Positions 17,966-27,817 of a stretch of DNA of 64,000 nt are shown one piece after another. Location: positions 32,001 through 96,000 of the IMG/VR virus record IMGVR_UViG_3300021603_000005. One strand, written 5' to 3'. The notes under the pieces were generated by a model. That model was given only the letters and a program-made list of their open reading frames with translations. It did not search any database and had not been told where the DNA came from. This DNA comes from a virus. Its lineage: Duplodnaviria > Caudoviricetes. Positions within the stretch are counted from its first letter, which is position 1; each line of letters starts with the position of its first letter. The position numbers were made by a program, and so were the translations under genes.

Positions 17966-18514
17966 GTGAAAAATATAATTTGTTGCATGGCTGTATGTTT
18001 GTTGCTGGTTGTTGGTTGCGGCAGAAGCATCAACGTCGCAGAAGACTCATTGAGTCGATATGTTAAAGTAAACGACGAAGTTAGGACTGCGTTATTCGTA
18101 AAGGCATGGGGGCTAAATCGAGCAGCAATTACTGAAAGTCGCCAAAAGCTAACCAAAACAGCAGAGTTGGCGCTGGTTGAGTCTGCCCAGGATGGTAAGG
18201 TTGATGCATCGATAGCAAGGAATGTAGTATCTAACCTAGAAACAGAGCTTGGAAAAGACGAGGTTGTCAGTAGTGAAAACTTTGCGTATCTATCATTCTT
18301 AATGGTCGCAGGCGAACGTGCCGACTCTCTCGGTGGAAACGTTGAGTTTTATTTAGAATCACAGAAACCAATCTGGAAACAGTTATCGTCAGAAGCAAAG
18401 CACGGAGTTGATTCTATTGTCGCTGAATTCGATGCGTGGGGCAAGATTATATCTTCGCTCAAGTCGTTGTTGCCGGATACCTGGACAAACACGACGACAC
18501 AAACATCTAACTAG
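17966..18514 (+). CDS. helical lipoprotein
   Basis: GTG after GAGGAG; signal peptide with lipobox LVVGC. Confidence 0.7.
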   Translation: MKNIICCMAVCLLLVVGCGRSINVAEDSLSRYVKVNDEVRTALFVKAWGLNRAAITESRQKLTKTAELALVESAQDGKVDASIARNVVSNLETELGKDEVVSSENFAYLSFLMVAGERADSLGGNVEFYLESQKPIWKQLSSEAKHGVDSIVAEFDAWGKIISSLKSLLPDTWTNTTTQTSN

Positions 18515-18536
18515 GACAATGTTTTCGGCTTTGTTA

Positions 18537-18560
18537 GTGGGCTAGATTAATCTGGCCCAC
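18537..18560. terminator. intergenic hairpin, possible terminator
   Basis: GTGGGCTAGAT-TA-ATCTGGCCCAC inverted repeat; weak T-tail. Confidence 0.5.
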
Positions 18561-18583
18561 ATTCCATTCGTTTTGGAGCAATT

Positions 18584-19543
18584 ATGTCAAAAAGGGTTTT
18601 GGTTGTTGGTGGTGCTGGTTATGTCGGCGGCAGTCTTGTTGATCAATTATTATCACTCGGATATTATGTAGACGTATATGATTCATTGGTTTATGAAGAC
18701 ACGTATCTTAAACCAGTTAATTTCATATATGGAGATGTACGAGACTATAATGAGTTATCCAAGATTATTGATAACTATGACGTAGTGGTGTGGTTGGCCG
18801 CGATTGTTGGGGATGCCGCGTGCGCCACAGATCCATTCCTTACGAGATCCATCAATTATGAATCTGTTAAGTGGCTAGTGGATCATTATGGTGGTAAAAT
18901 AATTTTTCCTTCCACAGCATCGGTATACGGTATCAATAACAATCTAATTGACGAAGATGCCGCGCCTAATCCGCTGTCAGTATACGCCGAAACAAAACTA
19001 CTGGCAGAACAGTATATCCTGGATAAGGGGAACGGCAATGCGCTTGTTTTCAGGCTTGGTACTTTATATGGATTAGGTGATAGATTTAGCAGGATTCGGT
19101 TCGATTTGGTGGCGAATGTCCTTGCTCGCAACGCGGTATCTGGACGACCGCTGGTGGTTAATGGCGGCGAACAGTGGCGTCCACTATTGCATGTCAAAGA
19201 CGTGGCTGGAGCAATGACGTTTGGTATTCAAAACGATATTCATGGATTGTTCAATTTGAGTAAGGAAAATTGTCGTATTCGCGACATAGCGCAGCACATC
19301 AAGGGTGTTATTCCAAATGTTAACATCAGGTATGTAGACATGAACTTTGAGGATGCGCGTAATTATCGTGTGTCTAGTGATAGATATCGTTCTCTTGGAT
19401 GGAAGCCAGATCTTGACCTAGACGTAGGCATCACAGAAATCATGCAACTAATAAAACAAAAGAGAATAAGAAACGTTGACGACCCGTTGTTCAGCAACGT
19501 AGATTATATTCGGAGATTGACAACAGGAGGGTGGGTTCGATGA
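18584..19543 (+). CDS. NAD-dependent nucleotide-sugar epimerase/dehydratase
   Basis: GGAGYVG, LAAIVGD, STASVYG, YAETK (YxxxK), RFDL..N. Confidence 0.92.
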   Translation: MSKRVLVVGGAGYVGGSLVDQLLSLGYYVDVYDSLVYEDTYLKPVNFIYGDVRDYNELSKIIDNYDVVVWLAAIVGDAACATDPFLTRSINYESVKWLVDHYGGKIIFPSTASVYGINNNLIDEDAAPNPLSVYAETKLLAEQYILDKGNGNALVFRLGTLYGLGDRFSRIRFDLVANVLARNAVSGRPLVVNGGEQWRPLLHVKDVAGAMTFGIQNDIHGLFNLSKENCRIRDIAQHIKGVIPNVNIRYVDMNFEDARNYRVSSDRYRSLGWKPDLDLDVGITEIMQLIKQKRIRNVDDPLFSNVDYIRRLTTGGWVR

Positions 19544-20319
19544 TAATACTTGGCGCTACCGGAATGCTTGGAAGACAATTGGTCAAACTGTTTCCAGGAT
19601 GGGAAAAGTACAGTTCCAAGGAATTTGATTTTTCAAAAATGGATGACATATATAGGTTCGCCAATTCCCTTGAATCGGACGATATCGTAATCAATGCGTG
19701 CGGACTACTTCGTCAACACCTGTCTGACGACCCAACCCCAGAGGAATATAATAGGGCATTTAACCTGAATTGTCTTCTGCCACAAGTGCTGTCATGGAGA
19801 TGTCGACTTATCCACATTAGTACAGATTGTACTATGGAAGGAACAAAGGGTAACTATACAGAGTACGACTTGCCAGACGGAAAAGATCTGTACGCGAGAT
19901 CAAAATCACTTGGCGAAGCACCGTCAAGAGCTATGGTCATACGAACATCTATTATAGGAAAGGAAGATAAGAATTTCAAAGGATTGATGGCATGGTTATT
20001 AAACCAAACCAAGGCCAATGGGTTTACAAACCACATGTGGAATGGTATGACGACAAATGAATTAGCAAGATGTATCAAGATGATCGTCGACAACAATTGG
20101 TTGGAACCAGGGCTGTTTCATCTGCATAGCGACACCGTAAGCAAGTACGATCTTCTTATGATGATCAACTCACACAGAAAAGATCCTGCTGTAATTACTC
20201 CCGTAGTGGCTGGCAAGGTTGTTGATCGAACACTTACCACTGTGTATCCAGAATTTCTTAGTAAGTTCAATATCAGGCCGCTGGCCCAACAAATCGAAGA
20301 GGCGATGAAAGATGAGTAA
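19540..20319 (+). CDS. RmlD-like NDP-4-keto-6-deoxysugar reductase
   Basis: GATGMLG, HISTDC, YARSKSLGE, RTSIIG. Confidence 0.88.
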   Translation: MIILGATGMLGRQLVKLFPGWEKYSSKEFDFSKMDDIYRFANSLESDDIVINACGLLRQHLSDDPTPEEYNRAFNLNCLLPQVLSWRCRLIHISTDCTMEGTKGNYTEYDLPDGKDLYARSKSLGEAPSRAMVIRTSIIGKEDKNFKGLMAWLLNQTKANGFTNHMWNGMTTNELARCIKMIVDNNWLEPGLFHLHSDTVSKYDLLMMINSHRKDPAVITPVVAGKVVDRTLTTVYPEFLSKFNIRPLAQQIEEAMKDE

Positions 20320-21403
20320 GCCGGTAGTTATGACGATATCTGGGATACGCCCAGACTTTATACGAATGTCAGAGGTGTACAAACAATTAGATATGCGAGT
20401 AACACACCTCTTATGCCACACTGGCCAGCATTTTGATCATATACTATCAGATACATTCTTCCACGAATTCGATATTAGACAGCCAGACTATAATCTTGAT
20501 GTCGGAAAAGATAGTCCAAGTCATTGGATGCAGTTGTCAAACCTAACCAAGCGACTGTTTGAACTCATAAAGAGAGAAAACCTAAAACCAGACCTGATCT
20601 TGTTTTTAGGTGATAGTAATTCTGTTTGCTGTTCTCTTCCGCTAAAGAAGGAAGGGTTCAAAATAGGCCATATCGAGGCCGGGATGAGATCTGGAGACAG
20701 GCGTATGTTAGAGGAGATCAATCGGATAACGTGCGACCATTGCTCCGATACATTGTTTACATACCATAACGACTACAGAGACAATCTACTCAGGGAAAAC
20801 ATCAAGACAGAAAACATACATGTTGTCGGCAACACGATAGTCGAAGTTTGTAGTCCACTGGCCGACAGACTGAAGCAACGGCCAAGCGCACGAAACCAAA
20901 TCATTGTCGATATACATAGACCTGAGTCGATTAATGATCCGAATAGACTGCACAATATTCTCCGTCTTGCAGAATATCTTGGCAACGTCTATCGGGTACC
21001 CGTTAGGTTCCTGAAATTTAGTCGCACGATGCGCGCTATCAAGAGGGCTGAACTTGACTTTGGCAATATCACACCGATTGCGCTTATGGGGTATGGCGAT
21101 TTTCTTCAAGCACAATACGATTCTGTTTGTCTAGTGTCGGACAGTGGAACAGCGCAAGAAGAGACCGCATTGCTTGGCACCCCGGTCTTGGTTCCAAGAG
21201 ACTATACCGAACGTCCACAGTCTGTTGTATTCGGATGTTCTATTATGGTCAACGCTAATGATGTTCGTCAAAAGGATGTGAATAGATATGTTGAATGGGT
21301 TGACAGGACACTAAGCGAACCAGATCGCATGAAAACGGAGTGGCTTGGAGACGGAAACACAGCACAAAGAATTGTAGAGATAATCGAAAGGACAATTCGG
21401 TGA
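20312..21403 (+). CDS. UDP-N-acetylhexosamine 2-epimerase (WecB/WbjD-FnlC type)
   Basis: GIRPDFI, HTGQH, GDSNS, HIEAGMRS, EEINR, HRPE, SDSGTAQEE, TERP. Confidence 0.92.
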   Translation: MSKPVVMTISGIRPDFIRMSEVYKQLDMRVTHLLCHTGQHFDHILSDTFFHEFDIRQPDYNLDVGKDSPSHWMQLSNLTKRLFELIKRENLKPDLILFLGDSNSVCCSLPLKKEGFKIGHIEAGMRSGDRRMLEEINRITCDHCSDTLFTYHNDYRDNLLRENIKTENIHVVGNTIVEVCSPLADRLKQRPSARNQIIVDIHRPESINDPNRLHNILRLAEYLGNVYRVPVRFLKFSRTMRAIKRAELDFGNITPIALMGYGDFLQAQYDSVCLVSDSGTAQEETALLGTPVLVPRDYTERPQSVVFGCSIMVNANDVRQKDVNRYVEWVDRTLSEPDRMKTEWLGDGNTAQRIVEIIERTIR

Positions 21404-22296
21404 TATACCTAAATGCTCAAGTGGTAAATTCTTCGTTTAACGATGATACATTTTGGAGATGGATTCATAGAGAACTTCCGAACGATACATTAATATGCCC
21501 ACCTCCCGATCAGATTAACCCCCACGACGTAGTGCTGCACTATTCCACGATGGGTGCCCCAAAACACCCAGATAACACAATCGCCTTATTGTGGGAATTG
21601 TATCCAGATATGAAAGATAAGCTAGGATCAAGTTCATGGGATCACATTTTGTCAGAGATAAAGAAATGTTCAACAGCTAAACGCAAGACGGTAACTAGCG
21701 ACTTGATGAGATCTTATTATGCTACATTCGGATTAATACACAAACTGCCGATAGGTATAGATACGGATCTCTTTAAGCCAGCCGACGACAAAAATGCGCT
21801 ACGGGCAAAATATGGAATCCCGCTCGATGCGAATGTCGGATTTTATTGCGGAACAAGTCACCCAATGAAAGGGGCTGATTTAGCGAAACAATATTTCATT
21901 GAACACCCAGATGTGTTCCCGTTATTGGTCTGGAAAAGTCCATATGAAAGATACAATATCAATGGAGGAAGACAATTCTGCGCGATACAGCAAGCACAGA
22001 TTGCTGAACTAATGGGTTGTTCGGACTTCTTTTTGTGTTGTGGAAGATTGCTTCCATTCTTCCTGGTCGAGTGGGAAGCGCTTGCGGCTAACCTGCCAGC
22101 AGTAGTAATTGGTGGCGTAGGGAGAGATTTTGTTCCTGGACAAAATCCGAGAGACCAGATATTTGACAAGGGGTGGGATAGGGCCAGTGCCCTAATAACA
22201 TGGATTGACTATATCAACGATTTGATAGACGACAACACAGATGGAGAAGGACCATTTATCGATGGCGGTAGCAAGAAAATAAAAAAGGCGAAATAA
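21400..22296 (+). CDS. GT-B (GT4-like) glycosyltransferase
   Basis: PIGIDTDLFKP, LR.KYGIP, KG.DL, EALAANLP. Confidence 0.8.
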   Translation: MIYLNAQVVNSSFNDDTFWRWIHRELPNDTLICPPPDQINPHDVVLHYSTMGAPKHPDNTIALLWELYPDMKDKLGSSSWDHILSEIKKCSTAKRKTVTSDLMRSYYATFGLIHKLPIGIDTDLFKPADDKNALRAKYGIPLDANVGFYCGTSHPMKGADLAKQYFIEHPDVFPLLVWKSPYERYNINGGRQFCAIQQAQIAELMGCSDFFLCCGRLLPFFLVEWEALAANLPAVVIGGVGRDFVPGQNPRDQIFDKGWDRASALITWIDYINDLIDDNTDGEGPFIDGGSKKIKKAK

Positions 22297-23051
22297 TGCG
22301 CAAAATAAGCATAGTTTCATTGATATATAGATCTATTAGGTTCGCCGACGCTGTTTACGATTCGGTCGTTAGACACACCCCGCTTATCCAGTCTGGCGAT
22401 GCAGAATTCTTCTTTGTGGCCAATGACCCGTCACAAAGCGTAGTCGACCACATACGTTCTCGCGGAATCAAATGTTTTGTTCAAAACAATGATCGCAAGA
22501 CGGAAGATGAACTATTCAGGGCTGGCATCGGTTGGCCCGAATACATTAGTAGGGTATACAAGGGGTGGAATAGGGCAATCCTTGAGGCACAACCTGTAGT
22601 GGTGTTGGTAAATAGTGATTGTCTGTTCTCTCCTGGGTGGCTTGAAAATCTATTAAAACATGCTAGTCCAGAACGCGTTGTGTGTTCACAGTTATTCGAG
22701 AGAAAGCATCCTAAGTACGGTATCTTCCCTGGTGCGTATCATGGCGAATTCGGTAATCATCCGGACAACTTTAATGATGATGCATTTTTACAAGCGGCAC
22801 AAAGCGTATCTCGTCCGATGTTGAGGCCGGGCGGTGCGTATATGCCATGTTTGTTTTACAAAGACATTGCTCTGAATGCCGGAATGTATCCGGAGGGCAA
22901 TATTGCTGGCAAGAGTTTTCGCCACATAGTCAGGTACGGGGATGAAGATTTCTTTCTTCGTCTTGCTATGCTTGGCGTGTCTCATGTAACCGCGATGGAT
23001 TCTATTGTCTATCACTTTAAGGAAGGCGAAATGGAGGACATTGGTGTATAA
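22296..23051 (+). CDS. GT2-family glycosyltransferase
   Basis: ISIV, WNRAI, VNSDC, GWLENL, DEDFF.R, VYHF. Confidence 0.8.
   Translation: MRKISIVSLIYRSIRFADAVYDSVVRHTPLIQSGDAEFFFVANDPSQSVVDHIRSRGIKCFVQNNDRKTEDELFRAGIGWPEYISRVYKGWNRAILEAQPVVVLVNSDCLFSPGWLENLLKHASPERVVCSQLFERKHPKYGIFPGAYHGEFGNHPDNFNDDAFLQAAQSVSRPMLRPGGAYMPCLFYKDIALNAGMYPEGNIAGKSFRHIVRYGDEDFFLRLAMLGVSHVTAMDSIVYHFKEGEMEDIGV
23044..23051 (+). promoter_or_regulatory. GTGTATAA motif (variant of putative late promoter)
   Basis: 8 of 10 nt of the motif, 16 nt upstream of ATG 23068. Confidence 0.4.
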
Positions 23052-23067
23052 GATTATAGAGAAAAAC

Positions 23068-23490
23068 ATGCGTAAAATTGTGTCGGCGACAATCTTCGTT
23101 TTATTGATAGTTGTACTGAACGTGTGGTATAATCATTTCAGAGATAGTCTTAGCGAGAACGAAGTATCTATAATTACGTCCGTCGCGATTAACGTACTTC
23201 TAACAGAAAATGACGTATCACAACAGGATGCCATAATTCTACTTCGATATGTTGACGCCGTACACGACGTACTGGTTTCTGAACCTGAAAGAGATTTTCA
23301 AAAAGCGAGAGAATTGGTTATATCTCAATTACCAGAGCACCTGAGATTCATTGGAAATCGAATTGTAGATCTTGTCGAGGTATATACTGATAAATATATG
23401 CAGAATGGCGACAACGCCGAAAAAATAGAGTTCGCCAAGGTTGTGGTCCGTTTTGTCAAAAATGGAATTGAGTCGTATGTCACAGGTTAA
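23068..23490 (+). CDS. membrane-anchored hypothetical protein
   Basis: N-terminal TM MRKIVSATIFVLLIVVLNVWY. Confidence 0.7.
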   Translation: MRKIVSATIFVLLIVVLNVWYNHFRDSLSENEVSIITSVAINVLLTENDVSQQDAIILLRYVDAVHDVLVSEPERDFQKARELVISQLPEHLRFIGNRIVDLVEVYTDKYMQNGDNAEKIEFAKVVVRFVKNGIESYVTG

Positions 23491-23794
23491 TTGTCTCTTC
23501 AATCCGTTTGTTGTTGATGATGATTTATTGATGGTAGAATTTGCCGTACCGGGTAGAACGCACACGGATATTGTTGTTGAGATAGGCGACGATAGATCGT
23601 TGATCATTATTGCCAAAGAGATAAATTCACTTGATGGATCTATCGGTAGCGTCCCTATGCAATATCAAACTTCTCCCGTAGACAATAAGTGGGATCTTAC
23701 ACATATCGAAACTGTCTGTTCTCACGGATTGCTGACGATCAAAGTACCGGCTATTAGTAATGTAAATCCACGATACTACGTGAGCCCGAATTGA
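23477..23794 (+). CDS. Hsp20/alpha-crystallin small heat-shock protein
   Basis: VEFAVPG...DIVVEI...L.I and GLLTIKVP. Confidence 0.7.
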   Translation: MSQVNCLFNPFVVDDDLLMVEFAVPGRTHTDIVVEIGDDRSLIIIAKEINSLDGSIGSVPMQYQTSPVDNKWDLTHIETVCSHGLLTIKVPAISNVNPRYYVSPN

Positions 23795-24390
23795 TGCTAG
23801 GCATTATCAATAACATCGTGTTGAATAAGTCGACAATAAAGGCATTATTGCCATACATTTCACAACTACAAAGAAGCATGTATGTTCGCCAAAGAACTGG
23901 TACGGTTTTCCAGCACACACAAAGGGTGGTTGACCTTTTGCAAGTTCGCAATGTCATTACGGTATGTTGTGCTGTATTTCATGATCTTGGTAAATGTCGT
24001 AGTTTTAAGTCCCATCAGCTTATCTCGTCTGATATAGCCAGAGCATTCTTTACGCAGCATGGGTTTGAATATCAAATGATTTCTTCGATTGATAGAATAA
24101 TTAGATCGCACATGTATGATCTATGGCCAGTAGCGCTTTCTCCAGATAAGATGACTGACAAATTGATCGCCAGCGTTGGGCTATCTAATATGACTAATTG
24201 GTTTGCCTTAAGGCGCGCGGATATTGCATCATACGGAAATCCAACATCAATGAAACTTGTTGATGATGTACAACAACTAATAAAGAGTAAACTTGAACAA
24301 CATGGAAGCGATTTAGAACTATTGTCTTCACATAGTATCGCAATGTCTGGTAAAAGCGAAATGCGGAATAGTGTTCAATGCTGGATATAA
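23794..24390 (+). CDS. HD-domain phosphohydrolase
   Basis: VFQHTQRVV, FHDLGK, H...S, H M, ADI. Confidence 0.8.
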   Translation: MLGIINNIVLNKSTIKALLPYISQLQRSMYVRQRTGTVFQHTQRVVDLLQVRNVITVCCAVFHDLGKCRSFKSHQLISSDIARAFFTQHGFEYQMISSIDRIIRSHMYDLWPVALSPDKMTDKLIASVGLSNMTNWFALRRADIASYGNPTSMKLVDDVQQLIKSKLEQHGSDLELLSSHSIAMSGKSEMRNSVQCWI

Positions 24391-24884
24391 AAAGACCATC
24401 CTATGATGAATGGTATCTATTTATGGCATTTTGGATTTCTCGTCGAAGTCCAGATCCAAGTACTAAACATGGATGTGTATTTGTAGATAAGCATAACAGA
24501 CCAATCTCGTTTGGGTATAATGGGTGTCCACCCAACACCAAAGATGATAAAGGTATTCTGAGCAATAGACCCCTAAAGTATTATATAGTGATACATTCAG
24601 AAGAAAATGCTATAATAAATGCGTCAAAGTCACTTAGGGGATCAACAGCATATATCACCGGAGAACCATGTTCTAGATGTCTGTCAAAACTAATATCGGC
24701 TGGTGTATCGAGAATAGTGTGTGGTGCAACAAGGTCCAAGTGCATTGTTGATGATGTGCATGATAGGGAAGCCAGGAGCATCTTACTAAGAGACCATGAC
24801 ATTAAAATTGAGATGTTGAAAATGAATATGGATACAATACGTGCGAACATCGATGCGATCTTCGGTGTCATAGAAGGGAACTAA
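24378..24884 (+). CDS. dCMP deaminase
   Basis: RS.DP.TK.GC, GYNG, HSEENAI, PCSRC. Confidence 0.92.
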   Translation: MLDIKRPSYDEWYLFMAFWISRRSPDPSTKHGCVFVDKHNRPISFGYNGCPPNTKDDKGILSNRPLKYYIVIHSEENAIINASKSLRGSTAYITGEPCSRCLSKLISAGVSRIVCGATRSKCIVDDVHDREARSILLRDHDIKIEMLKMNMDTIRANIDAIFGVIEGN

Positions 24885-24885
24885 A

Positions 24886-26631
24886 ATGCAGCTACCCAAG
24901 TATGAACCAGCGGGTTTCGCGTTAACAATATTCAAAGATCGTTATGCGATACATGATAACGAGACATTTGATCAAGCGTGTATGCGAGTAGCGGAATGCG
25001 TAGCCACAGTCGAATGCGGAACCAAGAGAGACGAATTCAAAAGTAGATTCTACGACGTAATGAATACGAACAGATTTTCTCCAGGTGGTCGTATATGGTC
25101 TGGTGCTGGACGAGCACATGGTCATCTGTTAAATTGCTTTGTATTGGACGTGGAAGATTCTAGGGAGGGGTGGGGGGAAGCACTGCGTAGCGTAACCATC
25201 ATTTCTGGAACTGGCGGTGGAGTTGGGTTGTCGTTTGCTAAAATCAGACCACGAGGAGCGAAGATTAAAAGCACTAATGGACGGTCAACGGGGTCTGTTA
25301 GCCTCATGCGATGCATCAATGCTGTTTGCAATGAATTGCGAAGTGGGGGCAATAGACGAAGTGCATTGTTGTTTGCTCTGCCATATTGGCATCCAGATAT
25401 ACCAGAATTCTTGAAGGCAAAGCTAGACGAAAATGAACTTACTAATGCCAACATATCCGTAACAATCGACGATGAGTTTCTAAGACTTGTCAAGAACAAT
25501 AAGGATGTTGTATTCGCCTGGGACGGAACGCAGTATGGAACAATGCCAGCAAAGAAACTATGGGACAAGATAGTTCAGAATGCATGGAACTGTGGCGATC
25601 CCGGAATAATCAACCTTGGATTAGCAAACGAGATGTCCAACATAGCCTACGATACAAAGCTGATAGCGACAAATCCATGTGGCGAAATAGTCATGAACCA
25701 TGGTGGGTCGTGCGATCTTGGAGCAATAGTATTACCCACACATGTTATTAATGGCAGAGTAAACTGGAAAATGCTTGCAGATACGGTTATGGTTAGTGTG
25801 AGGTTTCTCGATAACGTAATAGACCGTAGTGATTATCCGCTACCCTTCATGAAAGAGGTCGCACAGCAATATAGAAGAATTGGTCTGGGAGTCATGGGAC
25901 TACATGACTTTATGTTGAAGCTTGGGGTAAAGTACAGCAGCCCAGAGGCTCTTAAACTGGTCGATAAGGTAATGGATTTCATTAAGAAAAAGGCTTATGA
26001 GACCAGTACTTTTTTGGCAGTTGAAAAGGGATCTTTTCCAAAACTAGATCGACGACAGTTTGTTGGTTCGCGATTTATCAAAAGTCTGACAGTCGAAATG
26101 AAAAACAAAATTCTTGAATATGGAATACGTAATTGTGCGATATTGACAATAGCACCAACCGGCACAATCAGCATTGTGGCTGGCGTTTCGTCTGGAATAG
26201 AACCAATATTTTCTCCTGTCTATAAGATAAAATTCAATAGGCACGAGTCAACAAAAGGGGATGGTGTGGAAACTATTGTCCATCCATTATTACAAGAATT
26301 TCTTATGTCTGGCAAATCCATAGAAACTTTTGAAGGCGCACACGACATATCTCCAGAGCAGCATTGTTTGATTCAGTCTGTATGCCAGAAACATGTCTGC
26401 AATTCTATAAGTAAAACTATAAACCTGCCAAAAGATTATCCAATTCAAGAACTTAGTTCAATTATGATGCGAAACATTAGATATCTCAAAGGTATTACTA
26501 TATATAGGGATGGAAGCAAGGGGGAAAGCCCGCTTACACCAGTTCCAATTAGTTATGTTAAGGATCATATTGACGACTTTGTAGCTGGTGTGTCAAATAA
26601 CGATTGTCCTGGTGGTCAATGTAATTTGTGA
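24886..26631 (+). CDS. nrdJ: class II (B12-dependent) ribonucleotide reductase
   Basis: FSPGGRI, NCF, GGGVG, GGNRRSA, TNPCGE, RRIGLG, TIAPTGTIS, SKTIN, C-terminal CPGGQC; no nrdB nearby. Confidence 0.9.
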   Translation: MQLPKYEPAGFALTIFKDRYAIHDNETFDQACMRVAECVATVECGTKRDEFKSRFYDVMNTNRFSPGGRIWSGAGRAHGHLLNCFVLDVEDSREGWGEALRSVTIISGTGGGVGLSFAKIRPRGAKIKSTNGRSTGSVSLMRCINAVCNELRSGGNRRSALLFALPYWHPDIPEFLKAKLDENELTNANISVTIDDEFLRLVKNNKDVVFAWDGTQYGTMPAKKLWDKIVQNAWNCGDPGIINLGLANEMSNIAYDTKLIATNPCGEIVMNHGGSCDLGAIVLPTHVINGRVNWKMLADTVMVSVRFLDNVIDRSDYPLPFMKEVAQQYRRIGLGVMGLHDFMLKLGVKYSSPEALKLVDKVMDFIKKKAYETSTFLAVEKGSFPKLDRRQFVGSRFIKSLTVEMKNKILEYGIRNCAILTIAPTGTISIVAGVSSGIEPIFSPVYKIKFNRHESTKGDGVETIVHPLLQEFLMSGKSIETFEGAHDISPEQHCLIQSVCQKHVCNSISKTINLPKDYPIQELSSIMMRNIRYLKGITIYRDGSKGESPLTPVPISYVKDHIDDFVAGVSNNDCPGGQCNL

Positions 26632-26641
26632 GAGGTGTTCT

Positions 26642-27817
26642 GTGGAAAAGCTAGAACAAGTCATGAAGATGGTGCGAGACGGTAAAAGTAGAGAACAGAT
26701 CAAGGATGCCATTGGTTTGTCTATGTGGAAGACCAGAGAACTTATTACACGGGCTCGCACAATCATATCATCTGGCACAAATACGAATAATATTTCAGTT
26801 GATGCGTTAAACCAGATCAAAATAGACCAACAACTTGCCAAACTAAGAGATGCAAAGACAAAAACAGAATCTAAATACACTAGGTTGGTCGAAGAGTTAA
26901 ACAAAAAAGAAGAGTCTATAACAGAAATAATTGAGTTATCCAAGCATGTGCATAGTACAAAACCCGTCAGGATTAAAGTTGATCGTGGGGACACAGACTC
27001 TCATTCAACAGCCTTTATTGTGGCCTCTGACTGGCATCTTGAAGAGGTTGTTAATCCCAAAATGGTCGAAGGTGTTAACGACTTCAATCTAGATATCGCA
27101 GTTGATCGCGTTAACAGGCTATGGACAAATGGTCTTAAGTTAATCGAAATGACAAGATCAAAATCTAGGATAGATACACTTGTCGTTCCGTTGCTCGGAG
27201 ACCTAATGGCTGGACATATTCACGAAGAGTTAATAGAAAGTAATTCGTTATCGCCAATACAATCTGCATTGAAAATTTTTGAACTAGTCTCTAGCGGAAT
27301 TGATTTTCTACTGGAAAATGGTGGATTCTCTAGGATCGTGATACCATGTTGTATAGGCAATCATGGCAGAACAACACAGAAACCCAAGGTGTCAACAGCC
27401 AACATCAACAGTTATGAGTGGTTAATATACAATTTTCTTGCTTCAAGATATATGAATAACCCCAAAGTTATCTTCAGGGTTGCAGATGGGTATTTTAGCT
27501 ATCTCGAAGTATATGATATGATAATCCGATTCCATCACGGCGATGGCATTCGCTATAATGGTGGTGTTGGCGGGGTGCATATTCCACTAAACAAGGCTAT
27601 TGCACAATGGAACAAATTTAACAGAGCAGACCTAGATGTGTTAGGGCATTGGCACTGTCGCATGTCTGGTAGCGACTATGTTGTAAATGGCTCTGTTGTT
27701 GGATATAACGCATATTCCATTAGAATCAAGGCCGATTTCCAGCCTCCGTGTCAATCGTTTTTCCTGATTCATCCGAATAAGGGGAAAACAGTAGAAGCGC
27801 CAATTTATGTGACGTGA
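26642..27817 (+). CDS. calcineurin-like metallophosphoesterase with N-terminal HTH/coiled coil
   Basis: SDWH, GDLM.G, GNHGR, HHGD, GHWH, NGS. Confidence 0.85.
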   Translation: MEKLEQVMKMVRDGKSREQIKDAIGLSMWKTRELITRARTIISSGTNTNNISVDALNQIKIDQQLAKLRDAKTKTESKYTRLVEELNKKEESITEIIELSKHVHSTKPVRIKVDRGDTDSHSTAFIVASDWHLEEVVNPKMVEGVNDFNLDIAVDRVNRLWTNGLKLIEMTRSKSRIDTLVVPLLGDLMAGHIHEELIESNSLSPIQSALKIFELVSSGIDFLLENGGFSRIVIPCCIGNHGRTTQKPKVSTANINSYEWLIYNFLASRYMNNPKVIFRVADGYFSYLEVYDMIIRFHHGDGIRYNGGVGGVHIPLNKAIAQWNKFNRADLDVLGHWHCRMSGSDYVVNGSVVGYNAYSIRIKADFQPPCQSFFLIHPNKGKTVEAPIYVT

